Shown here: positions 48,877-58,727 of the stretch, in pieces | Position numbering within the stretch: the first letter of the stretch is position 1 | Layout: each line of letters starts with the position of its first letter | DNA from: a virus | DNA: 64,000 nt | Virus record (IMG/VR): IMGVR_UViG_3300008448_000009 | Location: 32,001-96,000 of that record | Reading direction: 5' to 3' (one strand) | Notes under the pieces: generated by a model | The model's input: only the letters and a program-made list of their open reading frames with translations | What the model was told of the DNA's origin: nothing | The model's database searches: none | Made by a program: the position numbers and the translations under genes

Positions 48877-49206
48877 TTATTCTACAATTTTTTCAACATA
48901 AGTACAAATTTCTCCAGATACAAACCCTTTCTCTAATAGCAAAGGTAATGATGCTGGTTTACACCATGCATATACCAACCAATTTGAATATTTTGTTTTA
49001 ACATATTCCCATCTTGTATCCCATAACATACGGAATATACCTTTGCGTCTATGGTCGTCATGAACCCATGCGTCTAAGAATTTAATCTTTTTATTTTCTT
49101 CCCTTTCCATGTAAATATGACCAACAATTTCACCGTTAATCATAGCAATCCATGTTTCTAGTTTTTGACCATTGCTTTTTAAATGTACTATTTTAATATC
49201 ATTCAT
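48877..49206 (-). CDS. GNAT acetyltransferase
   Basis: AWVHDDHRRKGIFRML motif A; LLEKGF. Confidence 0.75.
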   Translation of the reverse strand: MNDIKIVHLKSNGQKLETWIAMINGEIVGHIYMEREENKKIKFLDAWVHDDHRRKGIFRMLWDTRWEYVKTKYSNWLVYAWCKPASLPLLLEKGFVSGEICTYVEKIVE

Positions 49207-49375
49207 TTTTTATTGTTTTATTTATTTTATTATTTTTATCAACAGTCTCATGGTTATTATCAAGCGATGTCACCACAAAAATCAAAAATCCTATAGCTAA
49301 TATTGTTTGGATTAATAATATCCAACCACTATATTTTAAATCTTTTAATAATTCATAATATTCTTTATGATTCAT
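49199..49375 (-). CDS. 58 aa membrane protein (not in ORF track)
   Basis: MNHKEYYELLKDLKYSGWILLIQTILAIGFLIFVVTSL...; overlaps both neighbours. Confidence 0.5.
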   Translation of the reverse strand: MNHKEYYELLKDLKYSGWILLIQTILAIGFLIFVVTSLDNNHETVDKNNKINKTIKNE

Positions 49376-49568
49376 CTTTTGTTATCCCTAATGTTTCGTT
49401 TTTATATATTTTAATTTGGTTTGAAAAATAATGTCTAACATGACCACCATTACAAAGGGCAACACACCAGATGTCATTTTCAAATTGGCCACCGTTAGTC
49501 ACGTATATCGCGTAACCTTCTTTGTCACCTTCTACAATTACTGGTATTGGATTTTGGAACTCTAACAT
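49365..49568 (-). CDS. small hypothetical protein
   Basis: 67 aa ORF in operon. Confidence 0.55.
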   Translation of the reverse strand: MLEFQNPIPVIVEGDKEGYAIYVTNGGQFENDIWCVALCNGGHVRHYFSNQIKIYKNETLGITKDES

Positions 49569-49571
49569 AAT

Positions 49572-50774
49572 TTAGTTACTTAAAGGTGCTTTAATTGCTG
49601 GATGTGATTGATAATTACTTAGTTGTATATCTTCTTCCAACAGACATCTACAAAAATCATCGTTTTTAAACCCTTCAAAAACAGCTGTGGCGTCCAACGG
49701 ACCTTCCCCACACGAACCATTTTGTGTTGGCCAGAATTCTGTGTTAATGTTTACTTTAGGCAACCCCATAGGTTCTCTACCAATTTGCTCTTTAGCTTGT
49801 TCAATATGGTTTGAATATAAATGAACATCACCCAAATTACCAATCAATTGGTCTGGAACCATGTTGACTGATTTTGCAATTATTTCTAATAACAATCCAT
49901 AAGAAGCAATGTTGAATGGTAAACCTAAGAATGTGTCTACTGAACGTTGATTCCACATTAAAGAGATTGCTCGTTTAGGGGTTTTTTCCCAATCTATTGT
50001 AATCGGAGACCTTAATTCACCATTTATACCATAAGAATCTTCAGTAAATACCGCACATAGCCTTTGTCTCTCTTCCATACTCAACTCTCTTGTATAAACT
50101 TGAAATCCATAATGACAAGGTGGAAGAACCATTTGGTCTAATTCACCTACATTCCAAGCATTTACCATTAGTCTACGAGAATCTGGATTTGTTTTAAGGT
50201 CGTTGATTAGGTTTTGGATTTGGTCTATATGAACATTAGTATTAAACTTACTATACTGTTTTCCACCAATTGGGTGTCCATCAATTTCACCATAACCCCA
50301 TTGTTCTTCTAATGATGCCGATTTCCAATTTCTCCATTGTGCACCATACACAGGACCTAAATTACCATGTTCAGCAGCAAATTCAGGTGAGTTTTTTATA
50401 TTTTCAATAAATTGGTCAACTAGTAGTTTATAAGCTTTTTCAGGGTCTTTACATTTACTTCTCCAATCTTGAGTATAAGTTTTTTCAATATACTTCTTTG
50501 CTGCATCACCATCCCAAATATGACAATTATTATCAACCAAAAACTTAATATTGGTATCACCTCGTAAGAACCAAAGCAATTCGGTTACGATTGTTTTGAA
50601 TGGCATTTTCTTTGTAGTCAAGAGAGGAAACCCATCTTTCATATTGTGACGTATTTGTCTTCCGAATACGCTAATGGTACCCGTACCAGTTCTATCACTT
50701 TTAGTAGTACCGTTATCAAGAATGTCTTGAAGAAGGTCTGTGTAATCTTTATCTAGGTTGTTTATAAATCCCAT
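49572..50774 (-). CDS. thyA: thymidylate synthase with insertions
   Basis: DRTGTGT, FPLLTTKK, ELLWFL, LPPCH, QRSVD..LGLPFN and HLYSNH motifs. Confidence 0.95.
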   Translation of the reverse strand: MGFINNLDKDYTDLLQDILDNGTTKSDRTGTGTISVFGRQIRHNMKDGFPLLTTKKMPFKTIVTELLWFLRGDTNIKFLVDNNCHIWDGDAAKKYIEKTYTQDWRSKCKDPEKAYKLLVDQFIENIKNSPEFAAEHGNLGPVYGAQWRNWKSASLEEQWGYGEIDGHPIGGKQYSKFNTNVHIDQIQNLINDLKTNPDSRRLMVNAWNVGELDQMVLPPCHYGFQVYTRELSMEERQRLCAVFTEDSYGINGELRSPITIDWEKTPKRAISLMWNQRSVDTFLGLPFNIASYGLLLEIIAKSVNMVPDQLIGNLGDVHLYSNHIEQAKEQIGREPMGLPKVNINTEFWPTQNGSCGEGPLDATAVFEGFKNDDFCRCLLEEDIQLSNYQSHPAIKAPLSN

Positions 50775-50798
50775 ATGCTTTTTCTTTTTCGTTTTATT

Positions 50799-50930
50799 TT
50801 ATCCAGTAGTAACTGTAGTATCAGCGCTATCATTTGTATCTTCTTCTTCATCCTTTGATTCTTGTATGTGTTGATACCACAATGGGTTTGGTAATCCACT
50901 GTAATGGTCCCATAACCCATCATCAATCAT
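50799..50930 (-). CDS. 43 aa acidic peptide (not in ORF track)
   Basis: MIDDGLWDHYSGLPNPLWYQHIQE... fills the operon gap. Confidence 0.45.
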   Translation of the reverse strand: MIDDGLWDHYSGLPNPLWYQHIQESKDEEEDTNDSADTTVTTG

Positions 50931-50937
50931 GTCTACT

Positions 50938-51156
50938 TTATTTTTCTCCATCGAAATATTTGTTAATTATTTCTAACCTATCTTCAGCGTCAGCTAAAAG
51001 TCGTAGTGATTCTGTAGCGTCTGCTAAAAAATCGTTAGCAGTGTGGTCACCTATACCTACACCTTGGTTTTCTAATAAGTCTAAAGACATTAATGCTTTT
51101 TCTTTATCAGCTAGCGCTTGCGCTTTTAATGCTGATATTACTCTTGTTTTTCCCAT
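50938..51156 (-). CDS. hypothetical protein
   Basis: 72 aa, VGIGDH motif. Confidence 0.6.
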   Translation of the reverse strand: MGKTRVISALKAQALADKEKALMSLDLLENQGVGIGDHTANDFLADATESLRLLADAEDRLEIINKYFDGEK

Positions 51157-51165
51157 GTTTTTAAT

Positions 51166-51444
51166 TTATTCGTCTTTTTGTAATTTTAAATATTCGTCTA
51201 TTTGTTCTAAACTTGGTTTAGCGTTTTCGTGTTCTTTGGTAAAATTATACGTTTTACCGTAGCTAGTTGTAATTTCTTTTGTACCTTCAAAAAACTCAAT
51301 AAGTTCTTTCTTGGTGCATGATTCTACAATATGACCTTGGTCATCAGCTATTAGAAAAATATTAGCTGTTGGAATGTGATACGCTTTAAGTACATCACCT
51401 TCAAAGTTTAATAAACCTAATCGTTTGTAGTCTTTGTTTTTCAT
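51166..51444 (-). CDS. hypothetical protein
   Basis: 92 aa, overlaps upstream stop. Confidence 0.55.
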   Translation of the reverse strand: MKNKDYKRLGLLNFEGDVLKAYHIPTANIFLIADDQGHIVESCTKKELIEFFEGTKEITTSYGKTYNFTKEHENAKPSLEQIDEYLKLQKDE

Positions 51445-51866
51445 TATCTTCTAATTAAAATGTATTTGTAATTTTTTTGCAATATTTCAACTTCTGGTTC
51501 ATAAACTTTTCTAGCAGACTCATAAACCTTTTGGTTAAAATGATAGTTGGTCAGTTTGACTTGAGCCATGCGCACATATTCACCATCTGAATCTTTGTGG
51601 ACTATCTTACCATCATCGGTTGGTAAGAAATAAACCATACCACCTTTGCATCTAGTGTTTTCAGCCAAATCTCTGTAGTTTCCTCTAAAAACCGTCACAT
51701 TTATAGGTTTAGACGTCATAGTTCTTTTAGAAACTCTTTCGAAACTAATTGGGTCATAAAGTGGGACATCATCTAAGTCAAAATGCATAAACAACGGCAT
51801 ATCAACAACACCAATAAAAGGACATCCTTCGACGTCCTTTACTGTTGTTTTATTTGTAATTAACAT
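51444..51866 (-). CDS. hypothetical protein
   Basis: 140 aa ORF in operon. Confidence 0.55.
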   Translation of the reverse strand: MLITNKTTVKDVEGCPFIGVVDMPLFMHFDLDDVPLYDPISFERVSKRTMTSKPINVTVFRGNYRDLAENTRCKGGMVYFLPTDDGKIVHKDSDGEYVRMAQVKLTNYHFNQKVYESARKVYEPEVEILQKNYKYILIRR

Positions 51867-51868
51867 AA

Positions 51869-52336
51869 TTAGTCAGTTACTACACTGGCACCAGCAGAAG
51901 CTGTTATGTTCTCGTAATCACCCATGGTTGATTTTAGCTTGGTGTACAATGCTGGGTCGATACTATCAGTTGTTTCATAGTAAGCAATTACAGCTTGCAT
52001 TTTTGCAATCATTTCTTTGGTGTAATGATTTAGTTTGATTTGTTTGTCAGCGTCTTTTAACTCGTTAACTTCTTTGATGATAGCTGCTGTGTCAACCTTG
52101 TCTAACTTTTGAAAATCATATTTTTTGATATGAGAGTTGAAAATAACACCTTGACTGTCTGCTATTTCAAATCTGGTATAATCTGTCTCAGAAACATTAG
52201 GGTACTTGTACTGCCCACCGTTGTTAAAAATAATAACCAAATCTTTGGTTTGAGTGTCGTAGGTTGAAGCGCAAATATTAGAAGATGCGTAGATTGCTTT
52301 AACCAAATTGTCTTTTGTTTGTTTTTTTAAAATCAT
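51869..52336 (-). CDS. KTSC-domain protein
   Basis: SSNI...YD.....L.I.FNNGGQYKY.NV....Y..F..ADSQG..FN..IK. Confidence 0.8.
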   Translation of the reverse strand: MILKKQTKDNLVKAIYASSNICASTYDTQTKDLVIIFNNGGQYKYPNVSETDYTRFEIADSQGVIFNSHIKKYDFQKLDKVDTAAIIKEVNELKDADKQIKLNHYTKEMIAKMQAVIAYYETTDSIDPALYTKLKSTMGDYENITASAGASVVTD

Positions 52337-52357
52337 TCTTTTTGTATTAATAAAATG

Positions 52358-52594
52358 TTATTGTGCGTGTGTTTTATAGGAAACAATATCTTTCATTGGA
52401 TATATTTTCCCAGTGCTAGTTAGCGAATTGTTGATGTCATCTCGTTCATCAACTATTACGATGATATAATCACCAGTAATCATAAGACCACAATCCAAAT
52501 ATTCTAATCTTGTGACCGAAGGTAAACCCTTGGTAATTACCGAATCTTTAAGCAGAAGTTCAACTTTGCTAAATTTAGGTGCTGTATTTGCCAT
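52358..52594 (-). CDS. hypothetical protein
   Basis: ATG 52594; the track's TTG start lies inside the promoter. Confidence 0.55.
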   Translation of the reverse strand: MANTAPKFSKVELLLKDSVITKGLPSVTRLEYLDCGLMITGDYIIVIVDERDDINNSLTSTGKIYPMKDIVSYKTHAQ

Positions 52595-52612
52595 GTCATT
52601 ATATAGTTTGTA

Positions 52613-52676
52613 CAAATATACGAATATTTATCTAATAAATCAATATTGCATTATTAAAAATAAATTAGTATCTTTG
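52613..52676. promoter_or_regulatory. back-to-back divergent Bacteroidota-type promoters
   Basis: - strand TTG 52643-41 / TATATTTG 52620-13; + strand TTG 52646-48 / TATCTTTG 52669-76; both with 20 nt spacer. Confidence 0.7.
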
Positions 52677-52702
52677 CTAAAAATAAAATTAACCCGTTTA
52701 CT

Positions 52703-55216
52703 ATGAACAGAGAAATTTATCCTAAAGTTAAAATAATTATGAATCAAGCTATCAAAGAAGCTAAAAGTTTCGATGATACTAAAATAAGACCTGAACATAT
52801 TATCCTATCAATGATGATTGATAACGATAATGAATGTACTAGACTTTTAAATCAAATGAAAGTAGATACCTTTGACTTGTATGATAAAGTCTCTGATTAT
52901 TTAAGACAAAGCGATTTAACTCCAAGAGTTGCAAACACAAGTAGAAAAACGTTACCATTTTCAGATGAAACAAAAGCAATTATCAAAAGCCTTGATAAAG
53001 AATGTGAAAAGTTAAATCATAATATGATTGATACAACACATGTTATGCTAGGTATTTTAGCAGCAAAGCTACCGATAAATGAATTGTTATCTAAAAGTGG
53101 TATAACGTATAACCGTTTTAAAAAAACCTTAAAAGATATGGAAAATTACGATGCAAAAAACAGCGCATTTGGTGGTGATGACCACGAAGAAAACGACAGT
53201 TTTAGAAAAAAACCTAACAGAGTAAACGACTCTAAATCAAAAACACCAGTATTGGATAACTTCTGTAGAGACGTATCCAAAGCTGTAGAAAAAGGAGAAA
53301 TAGACCCAGTGGTTGGTCGTGAAGTTGAAATCAAAAGGGTTTCACAAATACTTTCACGTAGAAAGAAAAATAACCCAGTCCTTATCGGAGAACCAGGTGT
53401 TGGTAAAACAGCCATCGTAGAAGGACTCGCACAGCTTATCTATGAAGGTAACGCACCTAGAACACTTAGTGGTAAAAAAATATTTACCTTGGATTTGGCT
53501 AGCATCGTTGCTGGTACAAAATATAGAGGCCAGTTTGAAGAACGAATGAAAGCTGTGTTGGAAGAATGTAAAACCAATCCAGATATCGTATTGTTCATAG
53601 ACGAATTACACACAATTGTTGGTGCTGGAAATTCATCAGGTTCGTTGGATGCTAGTAACATTTTCAAACCAGCTTTAGCCAGAGGCGAAATACAAATCAT
53701 CGGTGCTACAACACTAGATGAATACCGCGAAAACATTGAAAAAGATGGTGCACTTACTAGACGTTTCCAACAAGTTCTTGTTGAGGAACCTACTCTAGAG
53801 CAAACCAAAACTATTTTGATGAACATCAAAGAAAAATATGAAAAACATCACAGAGTAAAATATACTGAAGAAGCTATTGACGAGTGTGTTAAACTATCTT
53901 CTAGATACATAATGGATAGAGCCATGCCAGACAAAGCTATCGATGTATTGGATGAAGCTGGTGCCACCACAAACGTTAGTGTTGAAAAACCAGAAAATAT
54001 CAAAACTTTAGAATCTCAAATCAGTGAAATCCAAGTTCAAAAAAATGAAGTTGTTAAAAAACAACAATACGAAGAGGCGGCTAAATTAAGAGATAAAGAA
54101 AAAGAATTAGATGACAAATTAAAAGAAGCCAATGCTAAATGGCAAGAAGATTTAGAGTCTAACATTACGGAAGTTGGTGTTGATTTGATTTCAGAAGTTG
54201 TTTCTATGATGACTGGAATTCCTCTTAATAAAATTTCAACACAAGAAACCAAAAAATTACTTAACATGGACAAAGCTCTTATGGGTAAAGTTATAGGTCA
54301 AGACGTAGCTGTATCTAAAGTAGTTAAAGCTATCAAACGTAACCGTATCGGTATCAAAGATAAAAACAAACCAGTTGGTTCGTTCATCTTTTTAGGTCCT
54401 ACAGGAGTTGGTAAAACTCTTTTGGCTAAATTGTTAGCAGAAGAAGTGTTTGGTGACGCTGATTCATTGTTTAGAATTGATATGTCTGAGTATATGGAGA
54501 AATTCTCTGTGTCGAGATTGGTTGGTCCACCTCCTGGATATGTTGGGTACGAACAAGGTGGTCAATTGACTGAGAAAGTTCGTAGAAAACCACATTGTGT
54601 TGTATTGTTTGATGAGATTGAAAAAGCTCATGAAGACGTATTCAACTTATTGTTACAAATGTTAGATGAAGGTCACTTGACTGACGGTTTAGGTCGTAAA
54701 GTTAATTTCAAAAATGCTCTTATCATCATGACATCTAACATCGGTGTTAAAGAAGCTAACTCATTTGGTAAAACAATGGGTCTTGAAACACCAAACGGAA
54801 TGTTAAACGAAGAAAACAAAGCGCGCGCCATTATCGAAAAAGCCCTTAAAAAGAAATTCAAACCAGAGTTCTTAAACCGTATCGATGAAGCGATTATCTT
54901 CAACAGCCTTAAACGCGAAGATATCCACGAAATCATCAACGTTGAGTTTGAAAAACTTAGAAAAAGAGTTGTTGAAATGGGTTACGATTTAAGCATTGAA
55001 CAAGCAGCGTTGGATTTCTTGGCAGAACATGGCTATGATGAAGAATACGGAGCTAGACCTCTTACCAGAACCCTTCAACATTATGTAGAAGATACGGTAG
55101 CTGATGAAATTTTGGCTGACCATATTGTCGAAGGACAAACCATCAACATCGTTTATGATAAAGATAACGATACATTGATTGTAAAACAACCAAAAACACC
55201 CAAAACAAAAAAATAA
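52703..55216 (+). CDS. clpC: ClpC/ClpB-type AAA+ ATPase
   Basis: Clp N-domain, [17 protein letters not shown]-like coil, [20 protein letters not shown]. Confidence 0.9.
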   Translation: MNREIYPKVKIIMNQAIKEAKSFDDTKIRPEHIILSMMIDNDNECTRLLNQMKVDTFDLYDKVSDYLRQSDLTPRVANTSRKTLPFSDETKAIIKSLDKECEKLNHNMIDTTHVMLGILAAKLPINELLSKSGITYNRFKKTLKDMENYDAKNSAFGGDDHEENDSFRKKPNRVNDSKSKTPVLDNFCRDVSKAVEKGEIDPVVGREVEIKRVSQILSRRKKNNPVLIGEPGVGKTAIVEGLAQLIYEGNAPRTLSGKKIFTLDLASIVAGTKYRGQFEERMKAVLEECKTNPDIVLFIDELHTIVGAGNSSGSLDASNIFKPALARGEIQIIGATTLDEYRENIEKDGALTRRFQQVLVEEPTLEQTKTILMNIKEKYEKHHRVKYTEEAIDECVKLSSRYIMDRAMPDKAIDVLDEAGATTNVSVEKPENIKTLESQISEIQVQKNEVVKKQQYEEAAKLRDKEKELDDKLKEANAKWQEDLESNITEVGVDLISEVVSMMTGIPLNKISTQETKKLLNMDKALMGKVIGQDVAVSKVVKAIKRNRIGIKDKNKPVGSFIFLGPTGVGKTLLAKLLAEEVFGDADSLFRIDMSEYMEKFSVSRLVGPPPGYVGYEQGGQLTEKVRRKPHCVVLFDEIEKAHEDVFNLLLQMLDEGHLTDGLGRKVNFKNALIIMTSNIGVKEANSFGKTMGLETPNGMLNEENKARAIIEKALKKKFKPEFLNRIDEAIIFNSLKREDIHEIINVEFEKLRKRVVEMGYDLSIEQAALDFLAEHGYDEEYGARPLTRTLQHYVEDTVADEILADHIVEGQTINIVYDKDNDTLIVKQPKTPKTKK

Positions 55217-55219
55217 TAT

Positions 55220-55243
55220 AAAACCCACGAAAGTGGGTTTTTT
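55220..55243 (+). terminator. intrinsic terminator
   Basis: AAAACCCAC-GAAA-GTGGGTTTTTT. Confidence 0.88.
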
Positions 55244-55266
55244 TGTTTTAGAGAATATTTATTGTT

Positions 55267-55803
55267 ATGAAACAAATGATAAAACAATTATTGCGAGAAG
55301 CCATTGATAAAACAATCACATGTAAAAAATGTGATTGGCATTGGAAAGAATCTGAATCGGATAAAAAAGATTTGTACGTTTGTCATAAATGTGGTCATGA
55401 TAACACACCAAAAAAAGAAAATATTAACGAACGTTTGCTAACCAAACATAAAGAAGATATTTTGGATGTTGCTGATTTCGTTAATTTTGCTAAAAAATAT
55501 TTGGATATTGATGATGATATTAAAGTTGAATTGGCTTTTGAAAGAACACCAGACCTTAGAACAACCGCATATTACAACAACGGTGAAAAACGTATGAAGA
55601 TATATGTTAAAAATAGAGCTATTATAGATGTATGTCGTTCAATAGCTCATGAATTAACACACCACAAACAAAATCTAGAAGGAAGAATAACAGATGCAAG
55701 TAAAGATGGTGAAGACGGAAGTGATATAGAAAATGAAGCCAACGCAACAGCTGGTGTAATAATAAGAAAATGGGGACGTATACACCCTGAAATTTATGAA
55801 TAA
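55267..55803 (+). CDS. zinc finger plus HExxH metallopeptidase-like protein with IKxxLRE leader
   Basis: CKKC..CHKC; RSIAHELTHHKQ...ENEANA. Confidence 0.7.
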   Translation: MKQMIKQLLREAIDKTITCKKCDWHWKESESDKKDLYVCHKCGHDNTPKKENINERLLTKHKEDILDVADFVNFAKKYLDIDDDIKVELAFERTPDLRTTAYYNNGEKRMKIYVKNRAIIDVCRSIAHELTHHKQNLEGRITDASKDGEDGSDIENEANATAGVIIRKWGRIHPEIYE

Positions 55804-56647
55804 TACTAGAACACTATTAAGAGAAGAAATTGCCTTAAACGATAGAAAAATGCTATTGAATGAGCAGACTATGTTATTGATAGAAAATAGTGAATATGTA
55901 AAACATGTTTTGGGTATCCAAACACCGTTGTTTGAGTATTATTCTTTTGAACTTAGAAAACAAATAATTGACGAAGCTTTATCAATACAAGGTGTTTTAC
56001 AATCAGCTAACAGCTATTTAGTTGGTCAGATTGAAAAAGGTAAAGAATATGTTGTAAAAGCTATTGATGCAGTTAAATCGACTAAAGATATTGTAATATT
56101 ATTTAAAAATTTAATTTTATCACCAGAAAATATGACTAAAGCCAATAGAGGGTTAAATAAAATATGTACAGATTTAACAAATGATGCTCAATCTGTAATT
56201 ACATATATAACCGAAAAATTGCCTAATATAGTTAATTTTACCGAAGGAATGGTAAACATGTTAAACAAATTAAAAAGAATTGTCACTGACGAAATAAACG
56301 GTAACGGTTGGACAGGTTTTATAGCTAAATTTGGTCTTGCATGTTTAATGACTTACATTAAAATAAACGTATTTGATAAAATAATTAAATTAGGTATTCA
56401 GTTTATTAAAGATGGTGCAGTACTTTTCACTGGGGTTCAAGGGTTGCTTCAATTATTTAAAAATTTTAAAGAAACAATAATTCAAAATGGTGATATAAAA
56501 CAAATAATAAATTGGATAACCAACATAGGTAAAGAAGCCGCATCATTAAAACTAACTTTAGCGTTTGATATAATGGTAGCAGTAACAACTGTTTGCACAG
56601 CTTTGTTAGCAGTTATTAATTTCAAATTTGATTTGAGAAAACAATAA
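55796..56647 (+). CDS. helical protein with hydrophobic segments and LLRE leader
   Basis: MNNTRTLLRE; C-terminal hydrophobic helices. Confidence 0.55.
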   Translation: MNNTRTLLREEIALNDRKMLLNEQTMLLIENSEYVKHVLGIQTPLFEYYSFELRKQIIDEALSIQGVLQSANSYLVGQIEKGKEYVVKAIDAVKSTKDIVILFKNLILSPENMTKANRGLNKICTDLTNDAQSVITYITEKLPNIVNFTEGMVNMLNKLKRIVTDEINGNGWTGFIAKFGLACLMTYIKINVFDKIIKLGIQFIKDGAVLFTGVQGLLQLFKNFKETIIQNGDIKQIINWITNIGKEAASLKLTLAFDIMVAVTTVCTALLAVINFKFDLRKQ

Positions 56648-56659
56648 AATAAATATATT

Positions 56660-58231
56660 ATGAAAAATACAATCAAAGGTGGTAAATCTGATAAACTAAC
56701 ACTAGCTGATATCGCTAAAAAATTTAAAGTTTCAGTTTCAGATATTGAATCTCAAATTAAAAAAGGCGCCAAAGTTGAAAGTGAACACACCTCAGATAAA
56801 GAAAAAGCTATAGAAATAGCAACCGACCACATATCTGAATTTCCAGACTATTACGATAGACTAGAAAAAATGGAAAAAAGTGCGAATAAAAAATGGGAAA
56901 ATGATAAAGAAAAAACTAATGAAGGTATTAAAAGTTCTATAGCAGCAGCCTCATTAGGTCTAAGTTTAATGGGTAACCCTCAAATAGCTAAAGGTTCAAA
57001 CATAACGCCAATGAGCCAAACACAAACACAAAAAGTTTTAGCTAAAGTAAATATTATAGATTCTCAACCGTTATCTAACCCAGATTTAGATTTAGTTCAT
57101 GGTATTTTAGGTTCAAATAGATTACAAGATGATTTTGCAAAAAGAGTTGAAGACGAATTAAAAAATCAAGTAAAAAATGGTAATAAACCAGATGTATCTA
57201 ACATACAAGTAAGAACATATGTACAAGGTGATAAAATTGTTACCAAAGCGTCTTGTGATATTGTTCAATCTTTAGATGGAATAGCATATACACATTTTAC
57301 AACTAGAGGCTCTATTGGTTCTAATTATGTTCAAAGACATGATAACCAAATAAATGGGTTAATTAATCGATTAGAAAATTATTATGGCGGGGTTGCTAAA
57401 CAAGTTGGTGATTCAGTTGAAATTTCGTTTAAATTAAATAATAATGTCATAGCTTATAAACAAAGTTTCTTTGTTTCTTCCGATGATAAAAATATGACAA
57501 ATAATCAAGATATACAACAAATCACTGGTTCTGATATTAATAATTTAAGAGACAAATTAAATACAGAAACAAAAGATATTTATATTGATATTAATTCTAT
57601 TAAAGTAGATATTAAAAATTATAAAATATCATATAAAACTGGTAATGTTGGGATACATAAAATTTCTTTATTATTTGATGATTCTAATAATTTAGATAAT
57701 CGTTTAAAAAATATAAAAGATAAAAATCCATTTTTTAAAGAAATAAAAAGAGGTAAAATAGGTAACTTGGATTGGGTTATAAGCGTAATACCTTATGAGG
57801 AAATAACAAAAGAAACAAAAACAACTGAAATGAACGAGAACAACAAAATATTAATTAAACGCCTTCTACGTGAAGAATTAGAGGAAGGAAGATTTAGTAG
57901 AGCATTAGGTACTGCTGCTATGGCTGCTAGTACCATGATGTCACCAAATATGAGTGCAAACACACCAAAATCACCGATTGAACGTGCTGACTATAAACTT
58001 GGTGTTATTAGAAATGATGACGGTTCTTATACATCAACAGCTCAAACATCTGGTCCAAATGCTGAGTTTGCAAAAGAACTGGCTATAACTAAAGCCAAGA
58101 ATCAAATACTAGAAAAATTAGGTTTGGCTTCTGGTGCTATTGTAAATGTTAAAGTGATGAAAGTTAAAACAGCAAAAGTTGAAAACGGAATGGTTATGTG
58201 TGTTGTTACAATAACTGGTAATGTAGAATAA
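56660..58231 (+). CDS. modular protein (DUF5661-like N-domain, internal LLRE site)
   Basis: GAKVESEHT...EIATDHISEFPDYYDRL; two EG+hydrophobic segments. Confidence 0.6.
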   Translation: MKNTIKGGKSDKLTLADIAKKFKVSVSDIESQIKKGAKVESEHTSDKEKAIEIATDHISEFPDYYDRLEKMEKSANKKWENDKEKTNEGIKSSIAAASLGLSLMGNPQIAKGSNITPMSQTQTQKVLAKVNIIDSQPLSNPDLDLVHGILGSNRLQDDFAKRVEDELKNQVKNGNKPDVSNIQVRTYVQGDKIVTKASCDIVQSLDGIAYTHFTTRGSIGSNYVQRHDNQINGLINRLENYYGGVAKQVGDSVEISFKLNNNVIAYKQSFFVSSDDKNMTNNQDIQQITGSDINNLRDKLNTETKDIYIDINSIKVDIKNYKISYKTGNVGIHKISLLFDDSNNLDNRLKNIKDKNPFFKEIKRGKIGNLDWVISVIPYEEITKETKTTEMNENNKILIKRLLREELEEGRFSRALGTAAMAASTMMSPNMSANTPKSPIERADYKLGVIRNDDGSYTSTAQTSGPNAEFAKELAITKAKNQILEKLGLASGAIVNVKVMKVKTAKVENGMVMCVVTITGNVE

Positions 58232-58236
58232 ATAAT

Positions 58237-58263
58237 TAAGGGCCGATTGGCCCTTATTTTTTT
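58237..58263. terminator. terminator between convergent genes
   Basis: TAAGGGCC-GATT-GGCCCTTA followed by T-tract. Confidence 0.8.
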
Positions 58264-58727
58264 CCTGTGTATTCATGACTGAAACAAATTCTCTTGTTAT
58301 CAAAATAATGTTCTTTGAACATATTTTTAACAGACACATCTTTTCTTAATTTTTTATTTTTGCTAGTGGCAACCCATAAATCAGAATGTTCTCGGTAATA
58401 TCCCATCCTAGGGTGTGCGGTTCTTGAAAAATACCTATGACCTTCATCTATGTGTATTTGAGCGATAGCATCAGAAAATCTAACACCAATACCCATACCT
58501 TGAAAATCTGGCAATATAACTGTTCTATGCCCTCTCCACGCGTTTTTTAACGTACCACTAGGCATAGTTATAGCAGCCCCAAACGCCACAACATGTCCTT
58601 CCCATACACCAACATAGCATCTGGCCGCTTTATTCACATTTCCATCTAAATAATGGTGGTCTTTAAACATTCCCCAACTATCATAGTTTGTGCGATATAT
58701 GTCAAGTTTGATTTGTGGGCGGGCAAA
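58254..58727 (-). CDS. GNAT (Mom-like) acetyltransferase domain, -1 frame partner of the ABC ATPase
   Basis: ARPQIKLDIY...FKDHHYL...RTVILPDFQGMGIG...TAHP. Confidence 0.75.
   Translation of the reverse strand, partial: FARPQIKLDIYRTNYDSWGMFKDHHYLDGNVNKAARCYVGVWEGHVVAFGAAITMPSGTLKNAWRGHRTVILPDFQGMGIGVRFSDAIAQIHIDEGHRYFSRTAHPRMGYYREHSDLWVATSKNKKLRKDVSVKNMFKEHYFDNKRICFSHEYTGKK

Noticed and set aside
49572-50774. Intron or intein in the 400 aa thyA (or in terminase)
   Set aside because: The frame is continuous, insertions are short, and there are no intein-end or homing-endonuclease motifs
52703-55216. ClpC/B, PhoH, dut and thyA as novel
   Set aside because: These are common accessory genes of large phages
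56649-56656. ATAAATAT before the + strand gene at 56660 as a T4-orientation late promoter
   Set aside because: Isolated case in an AT-only spacer, opposite in orientation to the other ~15 copies; likely chance
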